Below, piece by piece: positions 45,153 to 54,857 of a stretch of DNA of 64,000 bases (positions are counted from its first letter, which is position 1; each line of letters starts with the position of its first letter). The notes under the pieces are model-generated. The model saw nothing but the letters and a program-made list of their open reading frames with translations, did no database searches and had not been told where the DNA came from. The translations under genes and the position numbers were made by a program. The stretch is from an uncultured Gammaproteobacteria bacterium. GTDB taxonomy: Bacteria > Patescibacteriota > Patescibacteriia > Patescibacteriales > UBA12465. The stretch lies in the NCBI GenBank assembly GCA_964355275.1, contig CAYHCB010000001.1, positions 1,532 to 65,531 on the forward strand. The letters run 5' to 3'.

Positions 45153-46607
45153 ATGTCGGAACAAGTAATTTTAAGATTTGATAATGTCACCTTTGAATAT
45201 ATTCATAAAAAACCTATTTTAGCTGAGGCTTCTTTTAGTGTAAGAACGGGTGCAAAGCTTACTTTAATGGGACAAAATGGTGCCGGTAAAAGCACTCTTT
45301 TTGGCTTAATACAGGGTGATATTAAACCTAAGGAGGGAGCTGTTTCCATTACCGGTGGAGCTACTATTGGCGCCGCCAGACAAACCATTGCCAGAGATGA
45401 TTTAATTTTAAACATCGAAGAATATCTAGGTAAAGCTTTCTCACCGGTACCACCAAATTTACGAAGTCATATTGCCAAAGCTTTAGAGGCGGTTAATATG
45501 GAAATCCCTTTAGACCGCAAGGTTGGTGAATTATCCGGCGGACAACAAGCTAGACTTTTACTAGCCTTTGCTTTAATTTCTAAGCCAGATATTTTACTTT
45601 TAGATGAACCAACTAATAATTTAGATAAAGAAGGAATTGATCATTTATTAGAATTTCTGATCATGTATGATAAAACAGTAATCGTTATTTCTCATGACGC
45701 TGATTTTTTAAACTGTTTCACTGAAGGTGTTATATATTTAGATATTCACTCTCGACAAATAGAAACTTACGTTGGCGATTATTATTCAGTAGTTGAAGAA
45801 ATTTCCAAAAGAATCGAACGAGAGCAAATGAAAAACGCCCAATTAGCTAAGCAAATTATCGACCGCAAAGAAAAAGTTAATTTTTTCGCTCATAAAGGTG
45901 GTAAAATGCGTAAATTAGCTAAAAAATTACGTACCGAAACCGAAGACCTAGAAGAAAATATGGTTGATGTCCGTCGCGAAGATAAAACTATTCGTGATTT
46001 TGATATTCCTGTGCAAGAAGATTTATCTGGCGATATTGTAACTATTAAATCAGTAAAAATAATAAAAAATCATGAACCGATAACTAAGCCTTTAGAAAAA
46101 ATAATTGGTAAAAAAACTCATTTACTTGTCTCTGGGCCCAATGGAATCGGTAAAAGTACTTTTCTGAGAAGTTTGGTCGCTGGAGAAAGCGAAGGAGCTA
46201 AAATAGCTAAAGATGTAAGAGTTGGTTATTATAGTCAAGATTTTTCTACTTTAAATTTCAGTGATACGGTGTTTGACTCATTAGTTAGCGCCATGCCTGA
46301 CCGTGACGACATCCCTGAAATGCGTTCTATCGCTGCGGGCTTTTTAATATCTGGAGAACTAATGGGGCATTTAGTCGGAGAGTTATCTGAGGGGCAAAAA
46401 GGTTTATTATCTTTAGCTCGCTTAGTTTTACTTAAACCCGGTTTACTTATTTTAGATGAACCAACAAATCACATTAACTTTCGTCATTTACCAGTTATGG
46501 CCGAAGCTTTTAATAATTATAATGGACCAATTATAATTGTCAGCCATATGCCAGAATTTGTGGAATCATTAAGAATAGATGATTATCTAGAGCTTGGTAA
46601 AATATAG
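45153..46607 (+). CDS. ABC-F family ATPase (two ABC cassettes, no TM domain)
   Basis: 484 aa. Cassette 1 has GQNGAGKST, LSGGQQARL and LLLDEPTNNLD. Cassette 2 has GPNGIGKST, LSEGQKGLL and LILDEPTNHIN. Confidence 0.9.
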   Translation: MSEQVILRFDNVTFEYIHKKPILAEASFSVRTGAKLTLMGQNGAGKSTLFGLIQGDIKPKEGAVSITGGATIGAARQTIARDDLILNIEEYLGKAFSPVPPNLRSHIAKALEAVNMEIPLDRKVGELSGGQQARLLLAFALISKPDILLLDEPTNNLDKEGIDHLLEFLIMYDKTVIVISHDADFLNCFTEGVIYLDIHSRQIETYVGDYYSVVEEISKRIEREQMKNAQLAKQIIDRKEKVNFFAHKGGKMRKLAKKLRTETEDLEENMVDVRREDKTIRDFDIPVQEDLSGDIVTIKSVKIIKNHEPITKPLEKIIGKKTHLLVSGPNGIGKSTFLRSLVAGESEGAKIAKDVRVGYYSQDFSTLNFSDTVFDSLVSAMPDRDDIPEMRSIAAGFLISGELMGHLVGELSEGQKGLLSLARLVLLKPGLLILDEPTNHINFRHLPVMAEAFNNYNGPIIIVSHMPEFVESLRIDDYLELGKI

Positions 46608-46701
46608 TAAAAAGCAGGGAAAGTGACTTATTTTTAGTGATTTTATTTTTGACATTTTATCCTAAAGATAGTAAAATATTAGAATAAAATTAGGTAAAAT
46701 T

Positions 46702-47088
46702 ATGGATATCAATTCATTTGATAGATTTTATAATACTAATCCCAAGCAATTCGAACACAATCCGATAAACTCCAATGATAGAGCTTTGCTACGTGATGCT
46801 GAAAATAAAATTAAAATTTTAGATAATTTTTTGTTTAGTGGTGACATAATTAGCGATTATAACTATTTTTTAGAAATAACCAGTCGTAATATTAACTACA
46901 AAAAAGCAACTAACGAGCAGAAAGAAGAGTTAGTAAAAAACCTGGAAAGTATTTTAAGTTCTTTACTGAAAAATCAAGATGAAAAAATAAATACTACTAA
47001 TACTAGTGAAGCTAATAAAATGTTTTACGAAGAATTACCAAAAGCTGAAATAAATGTAATAGAGAAATTAGTAAAATTTTATCAATAA
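46702..47088 (+). CDS. hypothetical protein
   Basis: 128-aa ORF with no recognisable motif, followed by a weak hairpin plus T-run. Confidence 0.5.
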   Translation: MDINSFDRFYNTNPKQFEHNPINSNDRALLRDAENKIKILDNFLFSGDIISDYNYFLEITSRNINYKKATNEQKEELVKNLESILSSLLKNQDEKINTTNTSEANKMFYEELPKAEINVIEKLVKFYQ

Positions 47089-47174
47089 ATTAAAAATATA
47101 ATTTTACTATAAGGGATTAATAACCCCTTTATTTTTATTAAATCTCATTGGACTAAAAAATCAGTCGATTTTAT

Positions 47175-49055
47175 ATGGAGAAACTATTTAAATTAAAATC
47201 TGACTTTGTGCCCGCCGGTGATCAGCCAAGTGCAATCACTAAGCTTAAGAGTGGCTTAACTAAAAATTTTGATTTTCAAACATTATTAGGAGTAACTGGA
47301 TCAGGAAAAACTTTTACTATTGCCAATATAATTAAAGATATAGATAAACCAGTGCTAGTTATGGCACCAAATAAAGCCCTGGCCGCTCAATTATATAGAG
47401 AATACAAAAATTTCTTTCCAGGTAACGCTGTTCATTACTTTGTTTCTTATTATGATTATTATCAGCCAGAAGCTTATTTACCAATTACCGACACTTATAT
47501 TGATAAAGAATCAATGATAAACGACGAGATTGATCGTTTACGTCACGGAGCAACATCAGCCTTAATGAGTCGTCGTGATGTAATTATTGTGGCCTCAGTA
47601 TCCTGTATTTATAATCTTGGTGTGCCTGATAACTATTTAGAATCGAGATTACATCTTAGTAAAGAACAAGAAATCGTTCGAACAGATTTAATAAGACAAC
47701 TTATTAAAATTCAGTTTAAAAGAACCACTGGCGATACTAAACGCGGCGAATTTCGGGTTCGTGGTGATGTTTTTGAAATAAGACCAATGTCTGAAAATGT
47801 AATTTATAGAATTGAACTTAAGAATCAAAAAATTGAATCTCTTTCTATTATTGATCATACCACCAGACAGGTACTGGAAGACTTGCCGGAAATTGTGGTT
47901 TTTCCACCAAAACATTTTGTATCCAGCCAACCGCAAATTGAATCTGCTATTAAAAACATTAAAGAAGAATTACACGATCGTTTAACATATTTTAGAAGTG
48001 AGGGCTTACTATTAGAGGCTGAACGTTTAGAACGTCGCACTCGATATGATTTAGAAATGATAAAAAGTTTAGGTTTTTGTCATGGGATTGAAAATTACTC
48101 CCGTCATTTATCTGGTAAATTAGCCGGAGAAGCGCCCGATTCATTACTTGCTTATTTTCCTAAAAAAAATGGTAAACCAGATTTTCTAACCATCATTGAT
48201 GAGTCTCATATTAGTGTGCCTCAAGTTAGAGGAATGTATAATGGCGACCAAGCACGAAAAAAAAATTTAACGCAGTATGGTTGGCGACTACCATCTGCTT
48301 TAGATAACAGACCGCTTAAGTTCAAAGAATTTGAACAGCGCTTAGGTAATGTAATCTTTACAACTGCTACTCCAGGGGATTATGAGATTACTCATTCCAA
48401 GCAAGTAGTTGAACAAGTTATTCGTCCAACCGGTTTAGTTGACCCTGAAATTGAAATTCGCCCAGTTTTTAGAAAAGAAGATAATTACAGTCAAATCAAA
48501 GATATCACTGAAGAATCTAAACGACTGGCAGCTAAGGGCGAAAGAGTGATTATAAATACTTTAACTAAAAAACAAGCCGAAGATTTAAATATTTACCTTG
48601 GTAAACAAGGATTAAAAAGTAATTACTTACACTCCGATATCAAAACTTTTGAACGTACCGAAATTATAAAAAATTTTCGTGAAGGCTTATTTGATGTTTT
48701 AATCGGCGTAAATTTACTGCGTGAAGGCTTGGATCTGCCAGAGGTCACTCTAGTAGCCATTTTAGATGCCGACAGAGAAGGTTTTTTACGCAGTCAAACA
48801 TCTCTAATGCAAACTATGGGTCGGGCCGCTCGTAATGTTAGTGGTAAAATTATTTTATACGCTGATAAAATTACTAATTCCATTAAACTAGCGACCGAGG
48901 AGGTAAATAGAAGACGAATAAAACAATTAGCTTATAATAAAAAATATAATATCACTCCAAAAACAATCATTAAAAAAATTGAGGATTTTTTAGAAATCAG
49001 CCCCGAAGGAAGAGTGGAAATGCAAAAAAATAAAAAAGTTATGAAAAAAAGATAA
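47175..49055 (+). CDS. uvrB: excinuclease ABC subunit B (lacking the C-terminal UVR domain)
   Basis: 626 aa. It has QTLLGVTGSGKTFT, DESHISVPQ, ATPGDYE, GVNLLREGLDLPEV and MGRAARN. The protein ends about 20 aa after the YNKKYNITPKTI block, with no FE.AA..RD UVR motif. Confidence 0.9.
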   Translation: MEKLFKLKSDFVPAGDQPSAITKLKSGLTKNFDFQTLLGVTGSGKTFTIANIIKDIDKPVLVMAPNKALAAQLYREYKNFFPGNAVHYFVSYYDYYQPEAYLPITDTYIDKESMINDEIDRLRHGATSALMSRRDVIIVASVSCIYNLGVPDNYLESRLHLSKEQEIVRTDLIRQLIKIQFKRTTGDTKRGEFRVRGDVFEIRPMSENVIYRIELKNQKIESLSIIDHTTRQVLEDLPEIVVFPPKHFVSSQPQIESAIKNIKEELHDRLTYFRSEGLLLEAERLERRTRYDLEMIKSLGFCHGIENYSRHLSGKLAGEAPDSLLAYFPKKNGKPDFLTIIDESHISVPQVRGMYNGDQARKKNLTQYGWRLPSALDNRPLKFKEFEQRLGNVIFTTATPGDYEITHSKQVVEQVIRPTGLVDPEIEIRPVFRKEDNYSQIKDITEESKRLAAKGERVIINTLTKKQAEDLNIYLGKQGLKSNYLHSDIKTFERTEIIKNFREGLFDVLIGVNLLREGLDLPEVTLVAILDADREGFLRSQTSLMQTMGRAARNVSGKIILYADKITNSIKLATEEVNRRRIKQLAYNKKYNITPKTIIKKIEDFLEISPEGRVEMQKNKKVMKKR

Positions 49056-49067
49056 AAATTAGCTAAT

Positions 49068-51566
49068 ATGGAAGATAAAATAATAATTAAGGGTGCTAAA
49101 ATGCACAACTTAAAAAATATTAATTTAGAAATACCTCATAATACTTTAACAGTAATTACCGGTGTTTCTGGGTCTGGTAAATCATCACTGGCTTTTGATA
49201 CTATTTTTGCTGAAGGACAGCGCCAATACGTTGAATCTTTGTCGCCTTATATGCGTCAATTTTTAGGACAGAAAAAACCAGCTGATGTTGATGAAATAAT
49301 TGGCCTGGCTCCAGCTATTTCAATTGATCAAAAAGCTTTGTCGCATAATCCACGTTCAACAGTGGGAACACTAACTGAAATTCATGATTACTTAAGAATT
49401 TTATATGCTCGGGTTGGTGAGATATTTTGTCCAGAATGTGGCACGAAAATAGAAAAGTTAACTCTTGAGGAAATGGTAGATATTATTATTACTCGAGCCA
49501 AAGAAAATAAAGATGAATTTGTGGAAATTTTAAGCCCAGTAGTACGCGATCGTAAAGGAGAATATTATCAACTCTTATACAATTATTTAAATCAGGGATA
49601 TAACGAGTCACGAGTTGATGGTATTTATCATTTTTTACGTGATGAAATAAAACTTACCGCGACCAAAAAACATAGCATTGATATCGTAATTGATAAAGTA
49701 ATGATTACTGACGAAACAAGACTGTTTGAGGCAGTTGAAAATTCGCTGGCTTATTCTGGTGGATTAGTAATTACTAAATTTTCTAAACAAGAATTTTTAT
49801 TATCTTCTAACTGGACTTGTCCTAATGATAGTTTTGCTTTTCCCGAAGTAGAACCTCGGCTTTTTTCTTTTAACTCACCACATGGCGCTTGCCCAGAATG
49901 TACTGGACTAGGTAAAATTGGTTACTTCGCAGAAAAAGATTGTCCAGCTTGCAAAGGTAAGCGTTTACGCCCCGAAGCTTTATCTGTTAAAGTTTATAAT
50001 AAAAATTTAGCCGAAGTGAGTAATTTAGCTCTTGATAATTTGCGTGATTTTTTCTGGCAATACTATCAAAAAATGACAAAACGAGAGCTAACGATTGCGG
50101 AAAATGTAATTGGCCAAATTTTAAATCGTTTAGAATTTTTAAATAAAGTCGGCTTAAACTATTTATCACTTGATAGGGAAGCGGAAACATTATCCGGCGG
50201 AGAGGCCCAGAGAATTCGTTTATCATCTCAAATAGGATCACAATTATCTCGAACTCTTTATGTTCTTGACGAACCAACTATTGGACTTCACGAACGTGAT
50301 ACTGATCGTTTGATTGAAACATTGCAAACTCTAAGGGATAAAAATAATACAGTTATAATAGTTGAACACGACGAACGAACAATTTTAGCTTCTGATTATT
50401 TAGTTGACATAGGACCACTAGCCGGAGTCCATGGTGGCGAAATAATGGCTATTGGAAATACTAAAAAATTATTAACTGACAAAAAAGCGCTAGAAAAATC
50501 TTTAACGCTTCAATATCTATCAGGTTTGAAAAAAATTGAAATTCCTCAAAAAAGAAGAACTAAAAATAGTGGATTTCTAAAAATTATTGGTGCCAGGGCA
50601 AATAATTTAAAAAATATCAAAGTAGATATACCCCTAGGACGCTTAGTAGGAATTAGTGGTGTGTCCGGATCAGGTAAATCGTCGCTTCTTTACGATGTGC
50701 TGTACAAAAATATTAATCACATAAAGGCTAGACCAGGAAAAGCTAAATTAGAAGATGTAAACGAAATAAAAGGCACGGAATATATAAATAAGGTAGTAGT
50801 TATTGATCAATCTCCGATTGGTCGTTCACCAAGATCTAATCCGGCAACTTATACTGGTTTTTTTACTCCAATTAGAGAATTTTTTGCCGCCCTACCGGAA
50901 TCGAAAGAACGTGGTTACACTATTTCACGTTTCTCTTTTAATCGTCCCGGCGGACGCTGTGAGGCCTGCCAAGGGGCTGGTTTTAATCTAATTGAAATGC
51001 ATTTTTTACCAGCCATTTCGGTTGAATGTGAGGTTTGCCATGGTCAAAGATTTAACCGTGAAACATTACAAGTAAAATATAAAGGGAAAAGTATTGCTGA
51101 AGTTTTAAATATGACGATTGAAGAAGCAATAGTTTTATTTGATGGTAATTACTTTATCACTGATAAACTAAGAGTTCTAGAGTCTGTTGGTTTAGGTTAT
51201 ATAAAACTTGGACAATCATCCACCACTTTATCAGGTGGTGAAGCGCAGCGTATTAAAATTGCCAAAGAGTTAACTATGACTTTAGGAAAAAGAACCCTTT
51301 ATTTACTAGACGAGCCGACCACGGGTTTGCATTATAAAGATATTGAAATGTTACTGGTGGTTTTAAACAAATTAGTAGACAGAGGTAATTCCGTCTTAAT
51401 TATTGAGCATAATCTACATATGTTAAAATCGATGGATTATATCATTGATATGGGACCAGAAGGCGGTGATAAAGGTGGAAAAATTTTAGCCTTTGGAGAG
51501 CCAGAAGATATTATAAGAGTAGAGAAGAGTATAACTGGTAAATACCTAAAAGAATACTTAAAATAG
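49068..51566 (+). CDS. uvrA: excinuclease ABC subunit A (lacking the insertion domain)
   Basis: 832 aa with two ABC modules (GVSGSGKSSLAFDT, LSGGEAQRIRL, YVLDEPTIGLH; GVSGSGKSSLLYD, LSGGEAQRIKI, YLLDEPTTGLH). The Zn motifs CPECTGLG and CPACKGKRL are only 10 aa apart. Canonical UvrA, as I remember it, has about 110 aa there. Confidence 0.9.
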   Translation: MEDKIIIKGAKMHNLKNINLEIPHNTLTVITGVSGSGKSSLAFDTIFAEGQRQYVESLSPYMRQFLGQKKPADVDEIIGLAPAISIDQKALSHNPRSTVGTLTEIHDYLRILYARVGEIFCPECGTKIEKLTLEEMVDIIITRAKENKDEFVEILSPVVRDRKGEYYQLLYNYLNQGYNESRVDGIYHFLRDEIKLTATKKHSIDIVIDKVMITDETRLFEAVENSLAYSGGLVITKFSKQEFLLSSNWTCPNDSFAFPEVEPRLFSFNSPHGACPECTGLGKIGYFAEKDCPACKGKRLRPEALSVKVYNKNLAEVSNLALDNLRDFFWQYYQKMTKRELTIAENVIGQILNRLEFLNKVGLNYLSLDREAETLSGGEAQRIRLSSQIGSQLSRTLYVLDEPTIGLHERDTDRLIETLQTLRDKNNTVIIVEHDERTILASDYLVDIGPLAGVHGGEIMAIGNTKKLLTDKKALEKSLTLQYLSGLKKIEIPQKRRTKNSGFLKIIGARANNLKNIKVDIPLGRLVGISGVSGSGKSSLLYDVLYKNINHIKARPGKAKLEDVNEIKGTEYINKVVVIDQSPIGRSPRSNPATYTGFFTPIREFFAALPESKERGYTISRFSFNRPGGRCEACQGAGFNLIEMHFLPAISVECEVCHGQRFNRETLQVKYKGKSIAEVLNMTIEEAIVLFDGNYFITDKLRVLESVGLGYIKLGQSSTTLSGGEAQRIKIAKELTMTLGKRTLYLLDEPTTGLHYKDIEMLLVVLNKLVDRGNSVLIIEHNLHMLKSMDYIIDMGPEGGDKGGKILAFGEPEDIIRVEKSITGKYLKEYLK

Positions 51567-51727
51567 AAAAAAGGCCAGTTTACATTGTGTAAACTGACCT
51601 TAAAGCAAGGGGCAAAAGAAAGAGAAATGGAAACAAAAGGTAATGTAATATATGGAGTTAATTACTTAACTAAGATTAATTGTTCAACCCAGGTTAAGTA
51701 CTTAAAGTATAGCTAAACTATATTTAT

Positions 51728-52906
51728 ATGTCAATAGCAGTACATCCAATCAAAAATAAACTAAAAGAAATGCCAAATGTTCCAGGTGTTTATTTTTGGT
51801 TAGATAAAAATAATCAAGTTCTTTATGTTGGTCGTGCTACTAATCTTAAAAATCGTCTAAGCCAATATTTTCAAAAAAATATTGAATCACGTATCGCTGA
51901 AATGGTTAGTCAGGCTAAAGATTTACGTTATTTAATTTGCGAAAACTTACTAGAAGCAATTATTCTAGAAGCTAAATACATAAAAGAATACTGGCCAAAA
52001 TATAATGTGGTAGACCGTGATAATCGTTCTTTTATTTATATTGTTATCACGCAAGGCAGTTACCCTAAGCCAATTATTATCAGAGGCCAAGATTTAAAAA
52101 AATTTCCCGAAACTAAAGCTAAGATATTTGGGCCATACCAATCAAGGACTTTAATAAATAATGCTCTTCGTTTGATTAGGCCAATTTTTCCCTGGAGTAA
52201 TTGCGTACCAGAATCCGGTAAAGCCTGTTTTGACTACCAAATAGGACTATGTCCTGGTGCCTGCATTAAAAGTATCTCCGTAAAAGATTATAAAAAAAAT
52301 ATCGAAAACTTGTCCATGTTTCTTAGTGGCGATAAAAAAAGATTAATAAAAAAACTAGAGAAAGAAAATCCTAATCAAATTAAAGCTTTAAAGCACATAC
52401 AAGATGTTTCGCTGTTTGCCAGGGAAGATAATTTAAAAGAAAAAAAATTAAATCGAATTGAAGGTTATGACATTTCTCATCTAAACGGCAAAGAATCATA
52501 TGGGTCTATGGTAGTTTTTTCTAATGGGGAAGCAGATAAAAATGAATATCGACTGTTTAAGATTAAAGAAGCGCCAGAGGGAGATGATGAGCGAGCTTTA
52601 AGTGAAATTTTATTACGTCGTTTTAATCATAAAGAGTGGCCTTATCCTGATTTAATTATGATCGATGGTGGGTCACCTCAAATATCTTTTATTTCTAAAT
52701 TTTTAGCAAAAAATAATATCGCTGTTCCTATTGTTGGTATTTCTAAATTTGCTGGTGATAAATTAATTTTTAGTAAAGAAACCAAGCAAAACTTTAAAGA
52801 TTTAGCTAAAAATATCAAACCAACTCTTCTAAAAATACGTGAAGAGGCTCATCGTTTTGCCAATTTCGGTAGAAAAAGAGGAGCTAATAATAAATTTAAA
52901 TTTTAA
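51728..52906 (+). CDS. uvrC: excinuclease ABC subunit C, truncated form (GIY-YIG plus RNase H-like endonuclease domain; no UVR or (HhH)2 domain)
   Basis: 392 aa. GIY-YIG is GVYFWLDKNNQVLYVGRATNLKNRLSQY. It also has FGPYQS ... CFDYQIGLCPGAC, RIEGYDISH, IMIDGG and IREEAHRFAN. It ends about 15 aa after EAHRFA. As I remember it, the canonical protein is about 600 aa. Confidence 0.85.
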   Translation: MSIAVHPIKNKLKEMPNVPGVYFWLDKNNQVLYVGRATNLKNRLSQYFQKNIESRIAEMVSQAKDLRYLICENLLEAIILEAKYIKEYWPKYNVVDRDNRSFIYIVITQGSYPKPIIIRGQDLKKFPETKAKIFGPYQSRTLINNALRLIRPIFPWSNCVPESGKACFDYQIGLCPGACIKSISVKDYKKNIENLSMFLSGDKKRLIKKLEKENPNQIKALKHIQDVSLFAREDNLKEKKLNRIEGYDISHLNGKESYGSMVVFSNGEADKNEYRLFKIKEAPEGDDERALSEILLRRFNHKEWPYPDLIMIDGGSPQISFISKFLAKNNIAVPIVGISKFAGDKLIFSKETKQNFKDLAKNIKPTLLKIREEAHRFANFGRKRGANNKFKF

Positions 52907-52989
52907 CTTTATCGTGTACTAATATTTTATATAACCGGAAAGAAAGATGGATTTTTATTAATAAAAATGATATAATGAAAATATAAAAA

Positions 52990-53748
52990 ATGCTTAACTT
53001 AATTAAAAAAGATATGAAAAAAATTGAATTATTTTTTACAATTTTGATAATATTGGCAGTTACGGCCATTGTTATCGTGGCTCTAGTTATGGCCCGAAAA
53101 AGTAATGAACAAGATCGTTTCTCGGTAGTAGGCTCAGGCACCGTTTATGCTAAAGCTGATATTGCTAACATTGAAGTAGGACTAAAAACTACTGTCAAAA
53201 AAACGGCCGCTGAAGCAACTAATGAAAGTACTGATAAAATGAATAAAATAGTAGCTGAATTAAAGAAATTAAATATTGAAGACAAAGATATAAAAACTTC
53301 CAACTACACTTTAAGCCCAGTTTACAATTGGACAAATGTTAAAGGACAAGAACTTATCGGTTATGAAGTTACTCAAACTTTAACTTTAAAAATTCGTGAT
53401 TTAAATAAAATTGGTGATGTAATTGCTAAAACAACCGAACAAGGTGCTAACCAAGTTGGCAATATTAACTTTACAATTGATGATGAATTCGCTTTAAAAA
53501 ATCAAGCTAGAGAATTAGCGATTACTAAAGCTAAAGAAAAAGCGATCTTGATTGCCAGTCAATCTGGAATGAAATTAGGTGATGTTAAAAGTGTTTACGA
53601 AAATACTGAGGTTATGCCACCAGTAATGTATTCTAATGCTAAGTTAGACCTCTCAGTCGGCAATGAATCAGTATCTGTTACTCCGAACATACAATCAGGA
53701 CAAAATGAAATTAAAGTTGATGTTACTTTAGTTTATGAAGTTAAATAA
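52990..53748 (+). CDS. SIMPL (DUF541) domain protein, membrane-anchored
   Basis: 252 aa with an N-terminal TM helix. The pattern GSGTVYAKADIANIEVGL ... T.NY.LSPVYNW ... GYEV.Q.L.L.I.DL is typical of SIMPL/26-kDa periplasmic immunogenic protein family members. Confidence 0.7.
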   Translation: MLNLIKKDMKKIELFFTILIILAVTAIVIVALVMARKSNEQDRFSVVGSGTVYAKADIANIEVGLKTTVKKTAAEATNESTDKMNKIVAELKKLNIEDKDIKTSNYTLSPVYNWTNVKGQELIGYEVTQTLTLKIRDLNKIGDVIAKTTEQGANQVGNINFTIDDEFALKNQARELAITKAKEKAILIASQSGMKLGDVKSVYENTEVMPPVMYSNAKLDLSVGNESVSVTPNIQSGQNEIKVDVTLVYEVK

Positions 53749-53822
53749 AATTTAATAAGAACTCCTTATAAAAACTATAATAAAAATCCGCCTCAAAAGC
53801 TGGTTTTTATTTTATCTTTAAA

Positions 53823-54600
53823 CTACTTATTCAAACTCATAATTATTCTAGAAACAAACTGGCGTGGTAAAAATATATTAATAAAAACTAATATTTTATT
53901 CAAACTACCAGGAATAATTATTCTTTTTCCTCGAAACAAACCATTATAACCGGCCCTAGCGACAAAATCAGCACTTACCATGGCTTCCTTGGTTTTTTTT
54001 AGGAACATCAACTCTTGCCGGTTGCGAAACCCTCCAAAAATTAGTGGCCACTGGACCAGGACAAAGGGCTGACACCGTAATTTTTTTATTTTCTAATTCA
54101 GCGGCTAAGGCAGCCGAAAAAGATAAAACATAAGCTTTGGTGGCATAATAAACATTCATAAATGGACCAGGAAAAAAGGCAGCTAAGGAAGCTACGTTTA
54201 AAATTTTAGCATCCCGTGGAGCTTGCTCTAAAAAAAGATAAGTCATACAAGTTAAAGCACCTATATTTAAATCAATCATGTTGCCTTGTTTTTTAATGTC
54301 TAAATCAATAAAAGAACCAAGTAGACCAAAGCCAGCATTATTTACTAAAATATCCACCACCAAACTATGTTCTTTAATTTTAATAAAAATACTTGGTATA
54401 TTATCTAAATTACTTAAATCGGCCGCAATTACCAAAACTTTAACCGAGTATCGATTTTCTAATTCTATTTGAGTTTTTTTTAAATTACTTTCATTACGAC
54501 TAACTAAAATTAAGTTATGTCCATCAGCAGCAAAAAGCTTAGCTAGCTCGTAACCAATTCCACTGGCGCCGCCAGTTATTAAAACTGTATAATTTTTCAT
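53823..54600 (-). pseudogene. short-chain dehydrogenase/reductase (SDR) interrupted by a 1-nt frameshift in an A8 run
   Basis: ORF 53968-54600 carries TGGASGIGYE, NNAG and YYATK...CPGP, then ends VDVPKKNQGSHGKC* (TGA). ORF 53823-54011, in another frame, continues with the expected SDR C-terminus (KKTKEAMVSADFVARAGYNGLFRGKRIIIPG). The junction is the homopolymer at 53993-54000. Removing one A restores ...VDVPKKTKEAMV... Confidence 0.75.
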
Positions 54601-54693
54601 ATATTTTTATTATTCTTAGATTATAGCTTAAAATTAATTATTTTACCTAATACAAACTAACCCTTTATACTATTTAAGGGTTACTAAAGACTA

Positions 54694-54722
54694 TTGACAG
54701 TAGTAGTGACATTCGCTATTAT
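54694..54722 (+). promoter_or_regulatory. sigma70 promoter of the rplJ-rplL unit
   Basis: TTGACA (54694-54699), a 17-nt spacer, then TATTAT (54717-54722). Confidence 0.6.
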
Positions 54723-54738
54723 ATAAACAACTTAATAT

Positions 54739-54835
54739 GCCACAGACCGCAAGCACTCAAATAAGTCTCGCGATAGGCAATAGTAATAGTTTTTAACTAT
54801 TATAAATGTCTGTGGTTATAAGCCACAGTTTTTTT
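54739..54835 (+). promoter_or_regulatory. candidate ribosomal protein L10 leader with mutually exclusive long-range stem and terminator
   Basis: ccacagac (54740-54747) can pair with gtctgtgg (54808-54815). Alternatively, ctgtgg (54810-54815) pairs with ccacag (54823-54828), followed by T7 (54829-54835), 22 nt before rplJ. The position and logic match L10-leader autoregulation, but I did not verify the consensus. Confidence 0.5.
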
Positions 54836-54857
54836 ATTTATAGCTAATTAATAAAAT

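Noticed and set aside
51567-51727. 161-nt uvrA-uvrC spacer containing an imperfect hairpin (51576-51599, no T-run), a purine-rich tract and a 29-codon ORF (51627-51716, METKGNVIYGVNYLTKINCSTQVKYLKYS)
   Set aside because: The hairpin lacks a U-tract. The small ORF has only a weak SD-like purine run and no recognisable sequence. It could be a real small protein or leader, but there is no evidence beyond an open frame.
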